DNA of 64,000 nt, taken from assembly GCA_964016885.1 (NCBI GenBank), contig OZ024740.1:316014001-316078000 (forward strand), read 5' to 3'. This DNA is from Eledone cirrhosa (lineage: Eukaryota). The notes below the pieces were generated by a model. That model saw nothing but the letters and a program-made list of their open reading frames with translations. It was not told where the DNA came from and searched no databases. Position 1 is the stretch's first letter, and the number at the start of each line of letters is the position of its first letter. Made by a program: the position numbers and the translations under genes. This document shows positions 54,511-64,000 of this stretch, piece by piece.

Positions 54511-54514
<4 letters not shown>

Positions 54515-54843
54515 TGGTTAGAGCATTGGCCTTGCAATCGAAAGGTTGTGAGTTCAATTCTCAGACCGGGCGATGTGTTGTTTCCTTGAGCAAGAGACTT
54601 TATTTCACATTGCTCCAGTTTACTCAGCTGTAGAAATAAGATGATAGGGATGCCAGTCCCTATCATTCCACTGCAAAGTGGTCGTGGAGGTGTCACAGCA
54701 AAAAAAAAGCACCCAGCACTCACTGTAAATGAGGTTGGTGTTAGGAAGGGCATCCAGCTGTAGAAATCAAGCCAGAATCAGTTCCTGTCCCACCCTTGAA
54801 GCAGGGAAAAGTGGACGTAAAATGAAATGATGATGATGATGAT
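54511..54843 (+). mobile_element. SINE family S1, 5' end clipped by (TA)n
   Basis: Matches 46030-46347. Confidence 0.9.
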
Positions 54844-54845
54844 AA

Positions 54846-54880
<35 letters not shown>

Positions 54881-55069
54881 TAAATCTGTGTGTATATAAG
54901 GAAAGCAGCCGTTGGTCATTATATATATGTCAAATACATAATATTTTACTTGTTGTTGTTTAGTCCCAGGTCATTTAGTAGACCTATGATTAAAGCATTG
55001 CAGCCATATCCATCTCATCTTTTTGTATATCTATGACTAGATTATCCAGTATATCCTTCTTTATTTGTG

Positions 55070-55375
55070 AAGGTGCATGGCTTAGGTGTTAAAGTATTTG
55101 GGCTTGCAATCGGGAGGTTGTGAGTTCGATTCCTGGACCGGGTGTCTTTTAGAAAGCCACTTTATTTCACGTTGCTCTAGTTTACTCAGCTGTGATGTTA
55201 CTGGTGCCAAGCTGTATCAGCCTTTGCATTTCCCTTGGACAACATCGGTGGCATGGAGAGGGGTGATTGCTGGTGTTCCACAAAAACACCTTGCCCAGGC
55301 TTGAGCTCGGGGGAGAACTTTCTAGGTGCAAATCCCATGGTCATTCATGACTGAAGGTGGTCTTTAACCTTACCC
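55070..55375 (+). mobile_element. tRNA SINE with S1-like head and a different tail
   Basis: TGGCTTAGG A box, GAGTTCGATTCC B box, CACTTTATTTCACGTTGCTC; related head at ~55978-56095. Confidence 0.7.
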
Positions 55376-56277
55376 TTCTTTATTTAGGATGGTAGAGTAT
55401 GGTTTGAGAGAGATTTGGTTGCTATATCCAGCATGCTGATCATAAATGCAGGGGCATTTGTGTTAACAAATCTAAAAAAAATATTTATAAATTTATATCA
55501 TAATGTGTGATTATTGTCACATATTAAAATGTCAAATTTAATCTTAATAATTTCAGATTAAATTTGACAATTAATCTGCTTATTAATTTTTAGGATTTTT
55601 TCCAAGCCTTCCTCACTGCTCTTATTTCAACCCTCCCACCACCGCTTATTAAATTTTGCTACTTTACAGTGAAATTTTAATTTTCTTTATACATTAAAAA
55701 ACATTATACATAACCAAAAAAGTACATTACTAAAAATGCCATACATTATAAAATAAATAGGACGGGTTGGGGTCACAATATGTAAACTAAATTACTAATT
55801 CCGGTTTTTAAAAAAGTCAACAGAGACAACCTACAAAAATTACGAATTTTTCAACCCACCTGTTTACCCCCTCCCCCCTTGCGCTTACCCCCACCTCCCT
55901 TGCGCTTGCCCCCCACCCTCTATCGTTTGGGACCCAAAAGTACATTATAATTTGCTGCATATATTATGAAAATGTGAAGGCAAGTGGCTTGGTGGTTAGA
56001 GAATTGGATTGATAATCATGAGGTTGCAAGTTCAATTCTAGGACCGAACAATGCGTTATGTCTTTGAGTAAGACACTTTATTTCATGTTGCTCTATCAGC
56101 CAGTAGTTGTGGCCAGTAGATAGTATCAGTAATGGAAATACCAATGGAAACATTGTTTCCTTGGTCTGATTTGATGAGTTCTACCCCACTTGGTAAGTGA
56201 ATGAGGTCTGGGATCTTGTCGATCGATTCGATTGATCAATCATGAAAATTAATCCCCAATAGACATGGATTAGATTA

Positions 56278-56280
<3 letters not shown>

Positions 56281-56341
<61 letters not shown>
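56281..56341. repeat. (TG)30 microsatellite
   Basis: Direct reading. Confidence 0.97.
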
Positions 56342-56343
<2 letters not shown>

Positions 56344-56789
56344 AGTATATCATTAACATGTTGTTTTGTTTTTATTGAAACTAATTAGCTTTGAATAATC
56401 TGTTTATGAAACTATCAAATTATTTGAATATTAAGTTGTGGAAATTTCAAGGTTCTAGTTAACCTCATTCATAATATCAAAGTTCAGACAACCAGTTTAC
56501 AAATAATTGTTTCTACTTTTGGCACAAGGCCAGCAACTACCCAGTGTATTACTGGTACTTTATTTTATCGAACCAGTTTACAAATAATATTAAGTGGTTT
56601 GTGTTAAGAGGGGACGGCATCCTTCCATAGAGAACCAATCAAAGAATGGGGTGCATGAAGTAAGACATAGTCACCTGACCTGTTTAACATCTTAACATGA
56701 CTGCCCATCTAACCCATGGAAAATTGATGCTAAACAGTGATGATGATGATGAGGATTATATAAACTGCAGATAAATATACCTACAATAG

Positions 56790-56833
<44 letters not shown>

Positions 56834-56834
<1 letters not shown>

Positions 56835-57034
56835 AAGTTTAATATAGAAATGGCTTCTACAGGACCAGAACTGTTTCATTTAAAACAAATTATCAGACTT
56901 TCCTGATGATTTCTTTTGAATGAAATAGTTCTAGTCCTGTAGAAGCCATTTCTTTATTAAACGTGATGTTTACATTCTACTAATGTATTGAGTACCTTAC
57001 TAACTGCCGTTACTCTGATTGAACCCGGTACTCA
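56834..57034 (+). mobile_element. Fold-back element family C, older copy
   Basis: Arms ~56837-56896 / 56903-56962, CTGATGA at 56903; tail is the reverse complement of 34186-34256. Confidence 0.78.
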
Positions 57035-58339
57035 CACAGACATATATTGTACTTCAAGCCCAGGTCACATATTTTATAATTTTCCTCATAAAAACCCCAT
57101 TAGATTATTGTTTGATTTTATAGCAAAGATCTAAAGTAGAAAATTGTCAATTAAAAAAAACATATTTTTAAATATTCATTTTAATGGGTCTGATAAATCA
57201 ATGTAGTTATAATAATGTGTTTCTTTAATATCTTTTCTTTACTATGTAAACAGATACTAAGTTCATCAGTGTGATTTATGTAAAACATTGTGTTACTACT
57301 ACTACATGTTTTGAAACATGATATGTTGAGAGCCACAGATTTTTATTTTCAGTTTATTATATAAACATTGAACATAACCTGCCAAATGAAGGATTGGGAG
57401 GACTCATCATCTGTGTCAAAGACATGACAACCTCCCTAGTATTGGTGATCTACATGATAAATGCACCTGGTACATTCTGTAAAGTGGTTGGTGATAGGAA
57501 GGCCATCCAACCATAGAAAACCTGTCAAAGTCTTACTTTTGGTTAAGTATACATCCTCAGTATGGGGAAGACTGCATTCACATAGTTTTCCACTGCAAGA
57601 CCAGAACATTCTTCAACTCTCAGCAACTATTAACATGCTAGAAAGCTAAAGTGAGACTCACAATGAAGTACTGCAGTTACATATACAGCCATCCTAGACA
57701 ATATCCCCCGAAAGTTCTCCTAACAGATTGACACACTCTAACCTCTCACCCACAGACATGCTGTCTCCTCTCTCTACCTTTACAGCTACTATAATGGCCT
57801 CTATTCTTACTGTTGTTTTGTCCCATGCCACCTCAACTCAGGTATCTTGGTCTTGCTCATTTCTCCTCATCTCATCATCCATACGGTGTTCAACATCCTT
57901 CCAAATCTACACCTCTCTGCCCAGTTCATCCCTCCCATAATGCCTGCCTTTTGAAATTTATACCTTGCTCATGTTTTTTCTTGCAGTTATCAGCATTTAC
58001 CTATTCAAAAGGAACATTAATTGCTTCAATCTCATGATTTTCAAAGGGTTTGGGAAGGCAATGGGGTCAACTCTTCTCTCCAGGCAAAACAATAATCTGC
58101 ACTGCCATTAAAAAAAATCACTTACCACTAAAATAGTGTATTGCAGTAGCTGTTATTTAGTTCTGCTATCAGCTATTGACGACCCATCTAAACCATGCAA
58201 GCGTGAAAGAATTGATGCTAAACAGAAATGATGATGATGATGGAAAACAATTAATTTAAAAAAAAAAAAAATCTTTGTGAGTGCTGTGTTTACCTATGCT
58301 AACATAATTGAGATTTGTATCATTATTTAAATATTCTTA

Positions 58340-58778
58340 TGGGGATGGATTGACAGTATCGGTTGAGCGTCGGACAACATGCTTTGCGACATAGTTACGT
58401 CCCTTTATGATCTGAGTTCAAATCCCACTGAAGTCAGCTTTGCCATTCATCTTTGAGGTCAATAAAATAAAGCACCTGTAATGCACTTGGGTTGATTTAA
58501 TTGATTTCCCCTCCCCTAAAATTGTTGGCCCTGTGCCTATAGTAGAAACAATTATTATTATTAGGGCAGTGGATTGGCATTATCGATAGAGCGTCGGACA
58601 ACATGCTTTATGGAATGGAGTTACATCCCTTTACAATCTGAGTTCAAATCTTGCCAAGGTTAGCTTTGCCTTTCATCCTTACAGAGTCAATAAGATAAAG
58701 TACCAGTAATGCACTGGGTCAATTTAATTGATTTTTCCCTCCCCCAAATTGTTGGCCTTGTGCTTAAATCAGAAACCA
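58340..58778 (+). mobile_element. Two tandem SINE S2 copies (58340-58560, 58563-58778)
   Basis: Each has A box, GAGTTCAAATC B box, Meta-like domain and TGGCC(C/T)TGTGC...AGAAAC end. Confidence 0.85.
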
Positions 58779-59327
58779 GTGGGTATGAATATTTTAATTT
58801 GTTTTACCCAGCAACTGGTTAGAGTAGCTGATGTTTACACAAACCCATTTAGTTTAAATTATTTCAGTAGCTAGTGTATTGTTAGAACAACTGAGAATAC
58901 ATTTTATAACAGAGGGTTTTGTTCACATGTGTAAATATGTTGCTTGTGCACACACACATGCACGCACACTCTCAACACCAACACACATGCACACCAAACG
59001 TGGACATGCACAGACACATTCAAAATATGTGCACTCAACACACCCACACATGTGTGCACACTCATGCACTTGCTTACAAACACCACGTATTGCCCTGTGT
59101 TTGGTATGAAGTGTTTAAAATATATGTAGTTTTTTAAAAGCTCTTAAGAACCAGTATGTTTTTGTAAGTATTCATCAATTTATATGTAGGTGTTGTAACT
59201 CAGGCAGATGTATTGACTGTGAAAGAGCTTATAGATTTCAAAAATTGTGGGATATGTATATCATTCATCATCATCATCATCATCATCATTCATTATCATT
59301 ATCGTCATCATTCATCATTATCATTAT

Positions 59328-59545
59328 TTAACCCTTTAGCATTCACATTACTATATATATACTATTGTATTTTCATGGTAAAGGCTTTACCTCACATAAT
59401 TATCTCACATAATATCGAATCTATGAGATTTTGAAAGTATTTATTTTGAGAACAATACCTTAACATCAGTTTGAGCGACCTGTTACAGCCAGTTTCAACA
59501 GAAAGAGGCAGAGAATTCTGGCCGGTTTGAACATTAAAGGGTTAA
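59328..59545. mobile_element. piggyBac-type MITE
   Basis: TTAA-CCCTTTAGCATTCA ... TGAACATTAAAGGG-TTAA; internal match to the 1535 copy. Confidence 0.82.
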
Positions 59546-60042
59546 TATCTGTTCTCCTGCTAGCAAATCTTGGGCATATTGTTACAGACCATATCACTAC
59601 TCAAGCAGGGCTTCACGTCCCACTTACGTTCTCACACTCTACTGAGGCTTCAGATGGGCCTGTATCTTGCTTACATAATGTTCCCATGCCCTATTGAGTG
59701 CTCAGATTGGTCAGGGACCTGCATCTTATTACCATCATCATTTAACGTCTATTTTCCATGCTAGCATGGGTTAGAAGGGCTGTATTTGAGGAAAGTCAGT
59801 TCATGTGATGGTGTCTTGCTCATACAGACATATATTTCTTTACATATGTATCACATGGGTTTCCTTATATATGTTCCCTTCCATGTGTATGGCAAAAACT
59901 GTTGTGTAACAGCAAGATCTCAATGGACCAAATCCACCTAAGTTTACGATTTAGTTTTGATTGCCAGCTGGAGGTTCTACTTGTATGATGCTTATTTAAT
60001 ATCATCATCATCATTTAACGTCCATGGTTATATATATATATA

Positions 60043-61013
60043 CTAGCAGCAGGACCCGGCGTTGCACGGGATAGGAAACGTGAAATAGCAACACACATAT
60101 GCAAAGATTGAGGAATGTAGCTGTGTACTTTTTGAATTCCCTTATTCTCAGGAAATGATTGAGGAGCGACGTAGTCAATTGTGTGAAAACCAAGTAGGGA
60201 TGTATGTTTAAGTAGGGATATTGAGATGATGAAATCAGCGTGGCAACGCAGCTGCAACAGAAGGGGGTCATAGTGCAATTAACACAAACGCTGGGCGGCA
60301 CTGGTTGCACTGTGTTTACACAGCAACAAAGGTGCGACAAAAGGGGTCACTGCGGAATTAGCACAACTGCTGTTCGGCATACTTGCACAGGGCATTCATA
60401 CTGCGGTGTAGGTGCAACAAAAGGGGTCTTAGTAGAAGTAGCGCAGATGTGAGTTTTACAGTGTCAATAACACGGCAACATACACAGGGCCCGATTTGCG
60501 CATGATGAAAGCACAAAGCGTCAACAGGGCGGCGACAAAAATTTCCTCAATCCCTCGAAAATGGTACTGCTTAAAAGTAAGTAAGTGTTGTGTCCTCTGT
60601 TAAATAAACCAAATTTTTTAACGAAATATTATACGCTACTTACGATGTTTAAGTAGTGTTTATGTTGAAAATGAAAATGGCATGTAATTCCCAATACTAA
60701 TCTGTAAATTTCCTAGAAACCATTAATGGAATTGGAAATTTTTGTTCACAACAATGCGAGGGGACTAACTAATGTGTGCTGCAAATTTCAAGGAAATCGG
60801 CTGGATTTATCTTTAAGTTATGCCTCAAAAGAGCCTAAAAATGCCTAAAAAATGAGGGGTTTTCGCCTAATGCGACAGAAAAGGTTTTTTAGTCCATTGC
60901 ACTTCAAAAAATACAAGTAATGCATGTGTAAAGTTTGAAAAAGATCGGTCGGGTAGTTCTCGAGTTTTAGGGATTTACACAGACAGACATCCTCTGTTTT
61001 ATATATATAGAGA
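60043..61013 (-). mobile_element. Non-autonomous Helitron
   Basis: Minus strand starts A|TC, ends CCCG-TGCAACGC-CGGG hairpin then CTAG|T; (ACAG)n near the 5' end. Confidence 0.8.
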
Positions 61014-61131
61014 TATTGTTATACTTTGGGAAGGTCATGTTGCCAATAAAAACACATGCATCTGTTGGTTTTCACTTCAATTTATTATAAATTTCTGGAA
61101 GCTTGTTTATATATTGTCAAAGCTCTTTCGT

Positions 61132-61299
61132 CACACTGTAAATGTGGTTGGTGTTAGGAAGGACATCCAGTCATAGAAAACCTGCCAGAAACAGTTCTAA
61201 ATGAGTAAGACACGGTCAACCGACCAATCTTGCCTCAAGTGGGACAAACCCATCCAACCCATGCTATCATGGAAGATAGCCATTAAACAATGATGATGA

Positions 61300-61348
<49 letters not shown>

Positions 61349-61459
61349 TCGTTTAACCCATACTAGCGTGGAAAAATGGACATTAAACGGTGATGATGAT
61401 GATTTTATATATCATCATCATCTTCGTTTAACGTCCATTTTCCACGCTAGCATAGGTTA
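61132..61459. mobile_element. Cluster of very short RTE/SINE 3' tails (61132-61300 +, 61354-61403 +, 61411-61459 -)
   Basis: Each ends in (GAT)n next to (TA)n. Confidence 0.75.
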
Positions 61460-61468
61460 TATATATAT

Positions 61469-61813
61469 ATCATCATCATCATCATCATTCCATTTTACGT
61501 CCGCTTTTCCCTGCTTGCAAGGGTGGGACGCGAACTGATGCTGGCTTGATTTCTACAGCTGGATGCCCTTCCTAACACCAACCTCATTTAGAGTGAGTGC
61601 TGGGTGCTTTTTTGCCGTGGCACCTCCACGACCACTTTGCAGTGGAATGATATGGACCCGAGTCCCTATCATCTCATTTCTACAGCTGAGTAAACTGGAG
61701 CAATGTGAAATAAAGTGTCTTGCTCAAGGAAACAACACATCACCCGGTCTGAGAATTGAACTCACAACCTTTCCATTGCAAGGCCAATGCTCTAACCACT
61801 AAGCCATGTGCCT

Positions 61814-61815
<2 letters not shown>
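61469..61815 (-). mobile_element. SINE family S1, full length
   Basis: Reverse complement of 46016-46347. Confidence 0.92.
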
Positions 61816-61885
<70 letters not shown>

Positions 61886-62036
61886 ATATATATATATATA
61901 TATGTGTATATATATATACTGTATACGTGTATGTATATATATATATACATACTGTATATGTGTATATACAGTATATATATATATATATATACATACACAT
62001 ATACAGTATATATATATATATACATACACATATACA

Positions 62037-62072
<36 letters not shown>

Positions 62073-62181
62073 TGTATATATATATATATATATATATATA
62101 CTGTATATATATATATATATATATACTGTATATATATATATATATATATATATACTGTATATATATATATATATATATATA

Positions 62182-62623
62182 TACGATATTAAATAAATGG
62201 AAACTATATTTATAAAACCATATTTATTTCATTATATATATTTCAGGGATATCATATTAACAATATGTTATGCCTTCTTCAGACAAAATACAATATAGAC
62301 AGTTTTATAGATAAATAGATTTGACATACCGTTCAACATCGACTTGTATTTGAAAAAGTTGATTTTCAAATACAAGTCGACGTTGAACGGTATGTCAAAT
62401 CTATTTATCTATAAAACTGTCTATATTGTATTTTGTCTGAAGAAGGCATAACATATTGTTAATATGATATCCCTGAAATATATATAATGAAATAAATATG
62501 GTTTTATAAATATAGTTTCCATTTATTTAATATCGTAAATATACTCCAAATACTTGTTGAGTGCTTTTATATCAGTTATAAATATTTACTAGTTGTAACC
62601 CAACAATTTAAATATAACTTTCC
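62182..62623 (+). mobile_element. Fold-back element family B, second copy (356-bp palindrome plus 86-bp tail) with hammerhead
   Basis: 62182-62537 symmetric about AGTTGA; CTGAAGA at 62437, GAAA at 62475. Confidence 0.9.
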
Positions 62624-62643
62624 ATATATATATATATATATAG

Positions 62644-64000
62644 TATCATCATCATCATCATTTTACGTCCGCTTTTCCCTGCTTGCAAGGGTGGGACGGG
62701 TCTTATTCAGCACAGCATCTCTCCACTCATCACAGTCCTTTGTCATCTCCACCGTGAGCTTCAATGATCTGAGGTCTGTTCTCACCACCTCCGCCCATGT
62801 TTTTCGTGGTCTACCTCTACCACGTCTTCCTTCAACTGGCATTTCCTGGCACTTCTTCACGCATCGGTCATCCTCCATGCGCATCACATGTCCATACCAC
62901 CTCAGTCTCCTCTCCCGTATACTACATTCTATCCCTCTCAGACACAGTTTCTCTCTCAACACATTTATGCTGGGTCATTCACGCACATTTACACTGCACA
63001 TCCAACGGAGCATGCTTGCCTCATTTCTCTCCAGCCATCGCATATCCTCTGCAGTTGCTGTCCATGTCTCACTACCATGCAGCATCATACAACCGGCCTT
63101 TCGTACGCAGGGAGAAACCCTTCTTCGTCAACAGAGGAAGCAGCTCCCTAAACTTCTTCCAACCCATCCTTATTCTAGATACTATGGCCTCGGAACACCC
63201 TCCTCCCATGCTAATCTGATCTCCTAGGTACCGGAAGCTATCCACCACTTCTATAGCGCCCTCCTGCATTTGAAAAATGTGTCTATCAATGCGACTTCTA
63301 CTGTCTAATTTCCCTGTACATCTACTGCATACATATTTCTCCCTACCTGTTAGTTTGCCTGCTATCCCACTACATCTCTTGTGTATCCAGGATCTGCATT
63401 GTGTGCATTTTATAGAATTTATGCCAGTTCCTTTTCTGCATATCGAACATGGCCATTTCCCTGATGGAATCAGGGTTTTGTCCTCTTTTCTACTCATCAA
63501 CACTTTGTCTTAGCTAGGTTCACTCTCAGTCCTCTTGCTTCCAACTGCTGTTTCCATAGCCAGAATTTATTCTCTAGCTCCTCTACTGATTCTGCTATAA
63601 GAGCCAGATTGTCAGCATAGAGAAGTTCCCATGGAGAGCCAGTCTTAAACTCCTCTGTTATGGCTTGGAGGACTATAATGAACAAGAGCGGGCTGAGGAC
63701 CGAAGCCTGATGTACTCCTACTTGTATCTGGAATTCCTCACTAAACTCCATTCCTACCCTGACTTTACTGACAGCACCTCTGTGCAAAGTTTGCACTGTC
63801 CTCACAAGCCATTTCTCAACACCTAGCTTCCTTAGGGACCACCAGATGACAGATCGGGGTACCCTATCAAAGGCCTTCTCTAGGTCAACAAAGGCTAAGT
63901 ATAGTGGCTTATTCTTCTCTAAGAACCTCTCTTGCATTTGTCTCACCAAGAAGAGGGCATCTGTTGTACTCTTCCCAGGCACAAAACCAAACTGCATCTC
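62644..64000 (-). mobile_element. RTE subfamily C, frameshifted, runs off the window end
   Basis: [17 protein letters not shown] (catalytic D lost), three frame segments; ORF runs almost into the (GAT)n tail with no long UTR. Confidence 0.93.

Noticed and set aside
57560-58100. Possible decayed coding remnant
   Set aside because: No identifiable protein motif in any frame examined

Overview
Repeat-saturated eukaryotic DNA with no recognisable host gene, rRNA, true tRNA gene or CRISPR array. It is most likely cephalopod (Octopus-like), inferred from the very long (TA)n/(TATG)n microsatellites, RTE-clade LINEs with (GAT)n tails and tRNA-headed SINEs. Contents: about 9 young, mostly 5'-truncated RTE LINE copies in 3 subfamilies, 2 tRNA-SINE families, a Penelope-like (PLE) GIY-YIG remnant, non-autonomous Helitrons, piggyBac/hAT/mariner-type MITEs and two minisatellites. 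Nearly all long ORFs in the track are microsatellite artefacts. The most striking signal is a set of at least six sequence-distinct families of small non-coding elements embedded in (TA)n. Most carry a minimal type-I hammerhead ribozyme (CUGANGA...GAAA-palindromic loop-UH), intact or decayed. They share one architecture: inverted arm, loop, hammerhead arm, then a 65-150 nt unpaired 3' tail. Two related 434/466-bp units occur as partial tandems with co-varying hammerhead stems (retrozyme/PLE pseudo-LTR-like). All structures were read by eye; nothing was computed or searched.
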